From NCBI GenBank assembly GCA_965223415.1, contig OZ245002.1, forward strand, positions 4,416,001-4,480,000: 64,000 bases of DNA, written 5' to 3'. The position numbers and the translations under genes were made by a program. The stretch comes from Myxococcota bacterium. GTDB lineage: Bacteria > Myxococcota_A > UBA9160 > UBA6930. Below, piece by piece: positions 20,448 to 29,057 of this stretch (its first letter is position 1; each line of letters starts with the position of its first letter). The notes beneath the pieces are model-generated. The model did not search any database, was not told the DNA's origin, and saw nothing but the letters and a program-made list of their open reading frames with translations.

Positions 20448-21496
20448 AGGACGTCCTCCTCGTGCTCTGCACCCCCGACCACCGCCGGGAGACGGCCCGA
20501 CGCTGTCTCGAGACGGTGCGCTCCACCGATCTCTCCCGAGCCGAGCTGCTGATCGTCGACAACGCCTGGGACGCGGGCTTCCAGCACCCGGCGACGATGG
20601 AGCGTTTCCGCGTGCTCGGCGGCAATCGGCCGATCATCTACCTGGACGACGACGTCGAGATCGACACGTCGGACTGGATCGAGCGCCTGCTGGCGACCCA
20701 CCGCAGCAGCGGCGCGAACGTGGTGGGCTGCCGCCACCGCTCGCGCGAAGGAACGCCGAACCACGTCGGCGCCCAGGTGTTCCGGGACGGAACCACCGAG
20801 ATCCTCTGCGAGCGCCCGGCCGAGGCGGGCCCCGGGCCCTTCGTCCCGGCGGTGAGCAGCGCGGTGATGCTGATCGCCGACCCGACCCGCGTGCGCTTCG
20901 ACCTGCGCTTCGCGAAGTACCAGCACGATCTCGACGTCGGCCTGCAGACGTGGGAGCAGGGCGGGCGGGTGGCCTGCTGTCCCGAGCTCTCGGTCGTGCA
21001 CGTGATGGGCGACTACGCCACGACGCGCCCCGAGGTAATCGGGCGCTTCTGGCCCGACGCGACGCGCTTCCGCGAGAAGTGGCAGACCTTCGCGAGCGAG
21101 AGCCTCTACGTGATCCCGGAGCTCGCGGGCTTCGCCGCCACGGCGCGCCAGTCGAACTGGCTGATGGTCTACCGCGAGGCCTCGGCCCGCCAGCCGCACG
21201 AGCCGGACCTCGCGGCCGAGGTGTTCCGGCGCATCGCCCGCGAGTGCCCGACGCCGGAGCGTGTCTCGGGCGCCTGGTTCCACCTCTATCAGATCGAAGG
21301 GGAGCGCTCCCACCTCGAGGCCTGCCTCGAAGCGGAGCCGGGTCACCGCAAGGCCCGGGCGCTCCTCGAACAGCACCCCCAGGAGAACCCGCCATGCGCG
21401 ACCTCAGGGCCATCAAGCTCACTGTCGGCATCGCCACGGCCGAAGACCTCGGCGCTACCTGCGCGCTCCGGCTGGGCACGTTCGCCTTCGACCTGA
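20444..21496 (+). CDS. Family 2 glycosyltransferase with helical (TPR-like) C-terminus
   Basis: LIVDN, YLDDDV (DxD), DLDVGL...GGRV...P...VVH. Confidence 0.75.
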   Translation: MKDVLLVLCTPDHRRETARRCLETVRSTDLSRAELLIVDNAWDAGFQHPATMERFRVLGGNRPIIYLDDDVEIDTSDWIERLLATHRSSGANVVGCRHRSREGTPNHVGAQVFRDGTTEILCERPAEAGPGPFVPAVSSAVMLIADPTRVRFDLRFAKYQHDLDVGLQTWEQGGRVACCPELSVVHVMGDYATTRPEVIGRFWPDATRFREKWQTFASESLYVIPELAGFAATARQSNWLMVYREASARQPHEPDLAAEVFRRIARECPTPERVSGAWFHLYQIEGERSHLEACLEAEPGHRKARALLEQHPQENPPCATSGPSSSLSASPRPKTSALPARSGWARSPST

Positions 21497-23541
21497 GCCA
21501 GGTGTTCCACGGCGCCAGCTCCTGCGGCTGGCGCCATGATGCGAGCCCCGTGCGGGCGCGGCAGGCGCTCCTGCGGGCCGCCGTGTTCGAGAGCTTCCGC
21601 ACCCACTGGGATTGGTGGGTGTTGGCTACCGATGCGAGCGCTCCTTCCGTAACGCGCCTGGCGGCCCTCGTCACCCGCGCCGAGACCGAGGCGATGGACG
21701 TCCTCGCCTCCGGGGGCGGCGAGGAGGAGGGCTCCTTCGATCTCCTGCTCGTTCGCGGTGCTGCGGTGCGGGCGCTCCTCGAAGACGGGCCCGTGGCGAA
21801 GACGTTCGGCCCGCTCGACGGCACCCACCCAGACGTCGCGCTGCTCGCGGGCCTCTCCCGCCTGGGCTTCAAGGTCGAGCGGGAGGCGGAGACGGTCGGT
21901 ACGCCGGCCGCGGAGCGCTCCCCCCATCAACCCGTCCGCCTGCCTCGCGAGGTCCACTTCTTCCCGACCGCCTACACCGCGAGCCGGGACGTCGCCTCCC
22001 TCTCCGAGGTCGCGACGCCCCTGCGCACCGCCATCCGCGTGCTGCGGGAGGTGCGGGAGGGCGGCCGCATCGCGGTGTACGGCGCCGGCCAGGTCGCGGA
22101 GGAGGTGGTGCCGCTGCTCGGCGAGCAGGTGGCCTTCGTCCTCGACCGCAACCCCGAGCGCCACGGCAAGCCCTTCCACGGCGTGGAGGTGCATCCGCCG
22201 GAGACCCTGGTCGAGCGCGTGGAGGAAGTGGACGCCGTGCTGATCACGGCCCTCGGCCGGGAGAGCGAGGTGACGACGGCGCTGCTCGACCTGCTGGGCG
22301 CTCGGGCCGATGCGGTTCGCATCCTGGCCCTGGACGGCAGCCGGGTCGCCCGGTCCGAGGCGCCGGCGGACGAGGCGCGGGTGCGCTTCACCAGCGAAGA
22401 GGAAGCCCAGGCCATCGCCGAGGGCGACGCCTTCGTCCCGGCCAAGATCGACCCGGCGTGGAGCACACCGCCGCGTCCGGAGACGACTACCGAGCGCACG
22501 ATCACGAAGCGGGCGGTCCTCTACACCGGCTTCCCCTGCAACATCCGCTGCATCTTCTGTTACTACACCTACGTGATGGACGGGGCCAAGTGGAACCCGC
22601 TCGAGCAGTGCATCCACGACGCGGACCTCTACCGCGACCACTACGGCAACGACGCGGTGGACATCACCGGCGGCGAGCCCACGGCCTATCCGAAGATCGT
22701 GCCGCTGGTCGAGCACTGCGCCACGATCGGCCTGCGCCCGACGCTCATCACGAACATGCGGAAGCTGGCGAAGCTCGATCACGCGCGGGCACTGAAGGAC
22801 GCCGGGGTCGACGACTTCCTGTGCTCGGTGCACGCTCTGGGCCGCGCCTACGACTTCATCGCCCAGACGCGCAACGGCTGGGAGAAGCTCACCCGCGGGC
22901 TCGGCCACATCAACCAGCTGGGTATGCCCTGGCGGACGAACTGCACGCTGACCCTGCGCAACCTGCGCCAGCTCAAGAAGATCGCCGAGTTCTCCCTGCT
23001 GAACGGGAGCCGGGCGATCAACTTCATCAACTACAACCCGTTCTACGAGTGGCAGACGAAGATGGACATCGACTTCCAGGCCCGCCACACCGAGGTGGCG
23101 CCCTACCTGGCCGAGGCGCTGGCCTACTGCGACGAGGTCGGGCTGGAGGCGAACGTCCGCTACTTCCCCCTCTGCATGATGAAGGGGCACGAGGAGAAGG
23201 CCTACAACTACGGCCAGCTCTCCTACGACCACCACGAGTGGGATTACAACAGCTGGTACTCGATCGATGTCGAGAACCCCTCGGCGAAGTATCCGACCTG
23301 GCTTCCGTCTCTCGAGGAGGACGAGCACGCGCTCCACGAGTTCCAGGCCCGCCGGACCCGGGAGGATGCCTACGCGTCCTGTACGACCTGCTCGACCTGC
23401 AGCGTGCGGAGCATCTGCGACGGCTTCACCAAGCAGTACGCCGAGCGCTTCGGCACCGCGGAGGCGGTGCCCTACGAGGGCGCGCCGGTCACCGAGCTGA
23501 CCCACTTCATCCGCGAGCAGCGCAAGATCGTGGACCGCTAG
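21394..23541 (+). CDS. Multidomain radical SAM protein with C-terminal Cys cluster
   Basis: CNIRCIFC, ITGGEPT, C-terminal CTTCSTCSVRSIC; Rossmann-like IAVYGAG domain upstream; ATG after AGGAG. Confidence 0.9.
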   Translation: MRDLRAIKLTVGIATAEDLGATCALRLGTFAFDLSQVFHGASSCGWRHDASPVRARQALLRAAVFESFRTHWDWWVLATDASAPSVTRLAALVTRAETEAMDVLASGGGEEEGSFDLLLVRGAAVRALLEDGPVAKTFGPLDGTHPDVALLAGLSRLGFKVEREAETVGTPAAERSPHQPVRLPREVHFFPTAYTASRDVASLSEVATPLRTAIRVLREVREGGRIAVYGAGQVAEEVVPLLGEQVAFVLDRNPERHGKPFHGVEVHPPETLVERVEEVDAVLITALGRESEVTTALLDLLGARADAVRILALDGSRVARSEAPADEARVRFTSEEEAQAIAEGDAFVPAKIDPAWSTPPRPETTTERTITKRAVLYTGFPCNIRCIFCYYTYVMDGAKWNPLEQCIHDADLYRDHYGNDAVDITGGEPTAYPKIVPLVEHCATIGLRPTLITNMRKLAKLDHARALKDAGVDDFLCSVHALGRAYDFIAQTRNGWEKLTRGLGHINQLGMPWRTNCTLTLRNLRQLKKIAEFSLLNGSRAINFINYNPFYEWQTKMDIDFQARHTEVAPYLAEALAYCDEVGLEANVRYFPLCMMKGHEEKAYNYGQLSYDHHEWDYNSWYSIDVENPSAKYPTWLPSLEEDEHALHEFQARRTREDAYASCTTCSTCSVRSICDGFTKQYAERFGTAEAVPYEGAPVTELTHFIREQRKIVDR

Positions 23542-23582
23542 GCATCGGCGTGCAGCAGGAGATCGCGGACCGCTAGCATCGG
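23525..23582 (+). repeat. Imperfect tandem duplication of the radical SAM gene 3' end
   Basis: agatcgtggaccgctaggcatcgg (23525-23548) vs agatcgcggaccgctagcatcgg (23560-23582). Confidence 0.75.
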
Positions 23583-23587
23583 GGGCC

Positions 23588-24175
23588 GTGTCCGGCCCCC
23601 CGTCCGCGTTCCGAGAAGGCTCCCTGCTGCTCGCCGAGCCGGGCTTCCGCCGGCTCTTCGCGGCGCGCTTCGTCTCGGCCTTCGGAAGCGCGATGGCGCC
23701 GGTGGCGATGGCCTTCGGGGTGCTCGAGCTGACCGACGCGCCGCGGATGGTGGGCTGGGTGATCGCCTCCCAGACGGCGGCGCAGGTGGCCGTCCAGCTC
23801 TTCGGTGGCGCCCTCGCCGACCGGGGCTCCCGCAAGCGCATGATGATCGGCGGGGACCTCCTGGCCGCGGCCGCGGAGCTCGCGCTGGCCTGGCTGCTGC
23901 TGCGCGGGGACGCGCCGGTGCTGTGGCAGACGGCCCTGCACACCCACGTGGCACCGGAGGCCCTCTCGCGGGTGAGCGCCTACGACATCCTCGGATCGAT
24001 CGCCCTGGCGCCGCTGGGCGAAGCCGTGGCCGGCCCTCTGGTCGAAGCCCTCGGTGCCGGCACGACCCTGGCCTGGGGCGTCGGCTTCATCGTCGTACCG
24101 ACCCTGCTGGTGCTGACGGTTCCCGAGGTGCGGCAGCTCCGATCCGGGCATACCCTGGCGGCTGAGGAGACGTGA
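23588..24175 (+). pseudogene. MFS transporter remnant with in-frame internal deletion
   Basis: MFS N-terminus (FRRLFAARFVS, GGALADRGSRKR) joined directly to the C-terminus (LWQTALHTHVAPEALSRV); only 195 aa. Confidence 0.7.
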
Positions 24176-25002
24176 TGAAGAACCTGTTCGGCTACGAAGG
24201 CAAGCGCTGCCTGTTCGCGGGCTGCTTCTCGGGCATGGGGGAGGCGGCGGCCCAGATCGTCGAGAGCCTCGGCGGGACCGTGGTCGCCGCGGACATCAAG
24301 CGCCCCACCAGCTTCGGCTACGAGCGCTTCCTGGAGGTGGACCTGCGCGAGGCCGCGGCCATCGAGCAGATGGTGGCGGAGGCGGCGTCGGGCGGGCCCA
24401 TCGATCGCCTCTTCTACTGTGCGGGGCTCCCGGGCACCTTCCCCACCGTCGACGTGATGCTCGTCAACTTCGTCGGGCTCAAGCACACGATCGAGACGGC
24501 GGTGCCCCACATGCCCCGGAGCGGGGCCGCCGTGAGCATCTCCTCCTCCGCGGGAATGGGCTACCTGGCGCAGATGCAGGCGGTGATGCCCCTGGTGGAT
24601 GCGGCCGGTCATGCGGAAGGCAAGAAGTGGGTCGAGGAGCATGCCGGAGAGATCGAGGCCTACTCCTTCTCGAAGATGTGCACCATCGTCTACACGCTGA
24701 AGCGCGCGGCCACGCTCACGGCGGAGACCGGGATTCGACTCAACTGCACGAGCCCCGGCCCCACGGACACGCCGATGATGCCGGCGTTCGTGGAGCAGGC
24801 CGGCAAGAGGTTCATGGATGCCTACCCGAAGCCGGTCGGACGGAACTCGACCTCCGAGGAGCAGGGCTGGCCCCTGGCATTCCTGAACAGCAACGCCGCC
24901 AGCTACGTGTCTGGGGAGAACCTCTACACCGACGGGGGCGGGGCAGCCGGCATGATGACCGGCCAGCTCACGATGGACGTGAGTCTGATGGGACAGGACT
25001 GA
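24172..25002 (+). CDS. SDR oxidoreductase (coniferyl-alcohol/3-hydroxysteroid dehydrogenase-like)
   Basis: GCFSGMG, YSFSK, RLNCTSPGPTDTPM. Confidence 0.85.
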   Translation: MMKNLFGYEGKRCLFAGCFSGMGEAAAQIVESLGGTVVAADIKRPTSFGYERFLEVDLREAAAIEQMVAEAASGGPIDRLFYCAGLPGTFPTVDVMLVNFVGLKHTIETAVPHMPRSGAAVSISSSAGMGYLAQMQAVMPLVDAAGHAEGKKWVEEHAGEIEAYSFSKMCTIVYTLKRAATLTAETGIRLNCTSPGPTDTPMMPAFVEQAGKRFMDAYPKPVGRNSTSEEQGWPLAFLNSNAASYVSGENLYTDGGGAAGMMTGQLTMDVSLMGQD

Positions 25003-25009
25003 CCGCCGG

Positions 25010-25840
25010 GTGACGCCGGACGCGATCCTCCTGACCGACCGCGTGGCGATCGTCACCGGCGGCGGGCGCGGCATCGGCGAAGGAGTCGCACGGACGCTGG
25101 CTGCCTTCGGCGCCGCCGTGGTGATCGCGGACAAGGACGCCGACGCCGGGGAGCGCGTGGCGGCGGGCCTGGGGGAGGCGGGCCAGCGCGCCCTCGCGGT
25201 GGCGACCGACGTCCGCGACCCCGAGGCCTGCGACGAGCTGGTGAAGCGCGCCAGAGCGGAGCTGGGCCGGGTCGACATCCTCGTCAACAACGCCGGAGGG
25301 GTGCGCCCCGCCGACTTCCTCGAGCTCGGCCCCGAGGGGCGCCGCCGCCACGTGGCCCTGAACTTCGAGGGGCTCTTCGCGCCCACGGATCCCACGGCCC
25401 GGGCGATGATCGCGGGGGGAAGCGGCGGAAGCATCGTCAACGTCGCCAGCATCGAGGGGCTGCGTGCGGCGCCGGGCTACTCGGTCTACGCCGCCTGCAA
25501 GGCGGGCATGCTCGGCTTCACGAAGAGCCTCGCCCTCGAGCTGGCTCCCCACGGCATCCGGGTCAATGCGATTGCCCCCGACGTCGTCGACACCCCGGGA
25601 CTGGCGGGCTTCTTCGAGGCCGGCGCCGGCGCGCGCGCCCGCGCCGAGCGCCTGGTTCCCCTGGGCCGTCTCGGGAGCGTCGATGACTGCGCGGCGGCCT
25701 GCGTGTTCCTGGCATCGGACATGGCGGCCTATGTGACGGGTGTGACCCTCTCGGTGGACGGGGGCACCGCGGCCGCCGGCGGCTGGCGGCAGGGGGCTGG
25801 CGGAGGCTGGATCCTCGGCGACGACCCGCGAGGCCGTTGA
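25010..25840 (+). CDS. SDR oxidoreductase (FabG-like)
   Basis: TGGGRGIG, NNAG, YAACK, RVNAIAP. Confidence 0.9.
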   Translation: MTPDAILLTDRVAIVTGGGRGIGEGVARTLAAFGAAVVIADKDADAGERVAAGLGEAGQRALAVATDVRDPEACDELVKRARAELGRVDILVNNAGGVRPADFLELGPEGRRRHVALNFEGLFAPTDPTARAMIAGGSGGSIVNVASIEGLRAAPGYSVYAACKAGMLGFTKSLALELAPHGIRVNAIAPDVVDTPGLAGFFEAGAGARARAERLVPLGRLGSVDDCAAACVFLASDMAAYVTGVTLSVDGGTAAAGGWRQGAGGGWILGDDPRGR

Positions 25841-25898
25841 GTCCGCGGGGCGGGCCAGTATCCTCCGCGCCCGGGCCGAAAGCAGGGGGAGGGCCGCG

Positions 25899-27776
25899 GT
25901 GTTCGCAGGGCGTGTGGGTCGGGTCCGTCTGGGCCTCCTCGTGGTGCTCGGCCTGCTCGTCTGGGGGCTCGCCTCCGGCGCCACGCCCTTCGACGAGGCC
26001 GGGGTCGGCTGGGCCCTGGAGCGGGGCCACAGCCCGCAGCCCGTCGACTACTGGGCGAGCTTCGGCTTCCCCTTCGCCGTCGCGGACGTCGTGCTCCTGG
26101 CGCTGGCGATCGCCTTCGTGCCGCTCTGGCTCGGGGGAACCCAGGTCTCGGAGGTCGCCGGTCTCGGCCGTCCGCGTCGCCGTCTCGCCGGTGTGCTCCT
26201 GGTGCTCGCCGCCATGGCCACCCTCGCGGTCCTGGCCTGGCCCAGGCTCTCCCACAGCCTGTGGGACGACGAGTCCTACGCGGTCGCGCGGGTGATCGCC
26301 GGCAACTGGGTCGTCGACGAACGCAGCGGGGAGATCGACTACAAGAAGACGGATTGGGCGGCGGCGTTCTGGTTCTACCGCAAGCCCACCAATCACGTCC
26401 CGGCCAGCATCCTCGCGCGGACCACGGCGAAGCTCGCGAAGCGCGACGACAAGCGGGTCGACGAACGCGCCTTGCGTGCACCGGCTTTCGTGTTCGGCCT
26501 GCTGGCGGTTGGAGCGGTGGCCTGGATGCTGTGGCGGCTCGGCTTCGGCACGGCGGGGATCTTCGCCGCCTGGCTGGTGGCGCTGCACCCGTGGACGCTC
26601 CGCTACACCGCGGAGGCGCGTGGCTACTCGATGGCGATGTTCCTGGGCTGCCTCAGTGTCACGGCCGCGGTGGCGGCGCTCCACCGCGGCGCCTGGCGGG
26701 CCTGGTTGGGCTTCGGAGCGGCGCAGTTCTTCCTGCTCTGGACGAACCCCTCCGTCGTCTACTTCCTGGTCCTCCTGAACCTCGCGATCCTGGCGTCGCT
26801 TCTCCGTCTGCACCCCGGGCCTTCGGAGCGTCGCGAGCAGGTGACCCGGTGGAGCGCGGTCAACATCCTGGGCGGCATGCTCTGGCTGCCCCTGATGGCG
26901 CCGAACGTGCCGCAGCTTCTTCGCTACCTGGCCGAAGGGAGCAGCAAGGTCTGGATCACACCCCGATTCCTGCGCGACAGCGCCGCGAACCTGATCTCGG
27001 GCATGGACTGGCGCCACGGGGGCGCGCCGCTCTATCCGGAGCTCTCCGCGATGGTCTCGGAGCATCCGCTTCCCGCCTGCACCCTGATCGCCGCGTTGGT
27101 GCTGCTGGTGCTCGCCGGCGCCGCGCGGCTCGTCCGGTCGGGCGTCGTCCGGCGCAACCTGGCCTTCCCGCTGCTCCTCGCCCTGCCGGTCACGGTCTTC
27201 TACCTGTGGCTGCGGGACGACCGCAGCTACACCTGGTACTTCGTGTTCTTCGTTCCCCAGCTCGCGGCCCTGGCGGCACTGGGGGCCACCTGGCTGCTCG
27301 AAGCGGGGCGGGCGCGCCGCCCGGTGGCGGCGGGGGGGGTCGTGCTGGCCACTCTCGTCCTCGTCGGGTTCGCCTGGCTGACCGAGCCCGGTCGAAGCGC
27401 CCTCCGCGCCCGTGCCTACTTCCCGGAGAGGGACTCGGTGCTCCTCACCCGGCCGAGCCTCGACCCGAGCAGCGCAGAGAACGGCCGGATCCTGACCGCC
27501 ACCTGGACGTCGCCCCCGGTCTACTACGACCCCCAGGCCCGCTACGTGCCGAAGCACGAGGACTTCCTGGCGGTCATCGCCGAGGCCGAGGAGAGAGGCC
27601 TGCCGCTCTTCGTCAACTTCGGACGCCGCAACATGGCGGTCCGGCGGGCGCCGGAGAACCTGGCCCTGGTCGAGGATCCCTCGCGCTTCGAGCACATAGC
27701 GACCCTCCCCGGCTATACGCCGGTGCGCACGCGCTACGTCTACCGGTATCTCGGAGGCGACGACCCTCCGCGCTAG
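25899..27776 (+). CDS. GT-C fold membrane glycosyltransferase (GT39/PMT-like)
   Basis: SLWDDE in first loop, LRAPA, EARGYS, many TMs. Confidence 0.75.
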   Translation: MFAGRVGRVRLGLLVVLGLLVWGLASGATPFDEAGVGWALERGHSPQPVDYWASFGFPFAVADVVLLALAIAFVPLWLGGTQVSEVAGLGRPRRRLAGVLLVLAAMATLAVLAWPRLSHSLWDDESYAVARVIAGNWVVDERSGEIDYKKTDWAAAFWFYRKPTNHVPASILARTTAKLAKRDDKRVDERALRAPAFVFGLLAVGAVAWMLWRLGFGTAGIFAAWLVALHPWTLRYTAEARGYSMAMFLGCLSVTAAVAALHRGAWRAWLGFGAAQFFLLWTNPSVVYFLVLLNLAILASLLRLHPGPSERREQVTRWSAVNILGGMLWLPLMAPNVPQLLRYLAEGSSKVWITPRFLRDSAANLISGMDWRHGGAPLYPELSAMVSEHPLPACTLIAALVLLVLAGAARLVRSGVVRRNLAFPLLLALPVTVFYLWLRDDRSYTWYFVFFVPQLAALAALGATWLLEAGRARRPVAAGGVVLATLVLVGFAWLTEPGRSALRARAYFPERDSVLLTRPSLDPSSAENGRILTATWTSPPVYYDPQARYVPKHEDFLAVIAEAEERGLPLFVNFGRRNMAVRRAPENLALVEDPSRFEHIATLPGYTPVRTRYVYRYLGGDDPPR

Positions 27777-27798
27777 GATGGCGCCCGAGGAGGTCGCC

Positions 27799-28650
27799 AT
27801 GCCGGAGCTCGCCCGTCTGAAGCCCGCCGACGGTCCCGACGCCGTCGTCGCCGCCCTGGAGGCGGACGGTGCCGTCATCGTCGAAGGCCTGCTAGCGGGG
27901 GACACGCTCGCCCGGGTGAACGAGGAGCTCACGCCGCACCTCGAGGCCGCCGATCCGGGGATGGCCCACCTGAACCCGGGCGTGGCCTTCTTCTTCGGGG
28001 ACAAGACCCGCCACGTCTCGGGGGTGGCCGGGAAGTCCCGGAGCTTCGCCACCGAGGTGATGATCGACCCGCTCCTGCTGGCGGTGTGCGACCGGGTGCT
28101 GCTGCCGGCCTGCGCGGCCTACCAGCTGAACCTGGGCCACGTGATCGACCGGGGGCCCGGCTCCGAGGCCCAGCTGCTGCACCGCGACGAGCTGGTCTGG
28201 TCCTTCGTGCCCGATCCCCACCCGGAGCTCCAGGTGGCGACGATGATCGCCCTGGAGGACTTCACCGGCGAGATCGGAGCGACGCGGCTCGTGCCCGGGA
28301 GCCACCGCTGGCCGAGGGATCGGCAGGCGAAGCCCGAGGAGGTCGTAGAGGCGATCATGCCCGCCGGCTCGGCGGCGATCTACCTGGGCTCGACCATCCA
28401 CGGCGGCGGCGCCAACTCGACGTCCGACCGCTTCCGGCGCGGCCTGCACCTGAGCTACACGCTCGGCTGGCTGCGCACCGAGGAGAGCAACCTGCTCGCC
28501 GTGCCGCCGGAGCTGGCCCGCGAACTGCCGCGGCGCGCCCAGGAGCTCCTCGGCTACGCGGTGCACGACGCCATCCGCCACGGCGGGGGCTACCTGGGCA
28601 TGCTCGGCCTCGAGGATCCGGTGGACCTGCTCCGGGACGGACGCCTCTAG
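27799..28650 (+). CDS. Phytanoyl-CoA dioxygenase (PhyH) family Fe/2OG enzyme
   Basis: QLLHRD, GATRLVPGSH, HGGGAN..R; start 27799 (SD GAGGAGG) or 27778. Confidence 0.88.
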   Translation: MPELARLKPADGPDAVVAALEADGAVIVEGLLAGDTLARVNEELTPHLEAADPGMAHLNPGVAFFFGDKTRHVSGVAGKSRSFATEVMIDPLLLAVCDRVLLPACAAYQLNLGHVIDRGPGSEAQLLHRDELVWSFVPDPHPELQVATMIALEDFTGEIGATRLVPGSHRWPRDRQAKPEEVVEAIMPAGSAAIYLGSTIHGGGANSTSDRFRRGLHLSYTLGWLRTEESNLLAVPPELARELPRRAQELLGYAVHDAIRHGGGYLGMLGLEDPVDLLRDGRL

Positions 28651-28657
28651 CTCCGGG

Positions 28658-29026
28658 ATGATCCACCACCTGGGCGAGTTCGCCTCGGATTTCCCGGCGA
28701 GTCGCGCCTTCTACGCGGCCGCCCTGGCGCCGCTCGGTATCGTGGTGGGCTACGAGGCCGAGGAGGTCTGCGAGTTCTGGCGAGAGGAGGCGGACACGCC
28801 GTCACTCTCCCTGGGCGTCGCCCGCGACGAGGTGACGCGCGGGGTGCACCTGGCCTTCCAGGCCGCCGATCGGACGCAGGTCGACGCCTTCTTCCGCGCG
28901 GCTCTCGCCGCCGGAGGCCGCGAGCGCGAGAGGCCGCGCTACTGGCCGCAGTACCGCGCCTACTGCGCCTTCGTCAGCGACCCGGACGGCAACAACATCG
29001 AGGCCGTCCACAAGGAGGTGGCGTGA
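28658..29026 (+). CDS. VOC/glyoxalase family protein
   Basis: HLAF, AFVSDPDGNNIEAV. Confidence 0.88.
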   Translation: MIHHLGEFASDFPASRAFYAAALAPLGIVVGYEAEEVCEFWREEADTPSLSLGVARDEVTRGVHLAFQAADRTQVDAFFRAALAAGGRERERPRYWPQYRAYCAFVSDPDGNNIEAVHKEVA

Positions 29027-29057
29027 GCGCTACCCTGGTGCCGGCGAGGAGGCTCCC

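Noticed and set aside
15474..24175. Integrative island at tRNA-Lys
   Set aside because: No integrase and no duplicated tRNA 3' end seen; composition matches the flanks.
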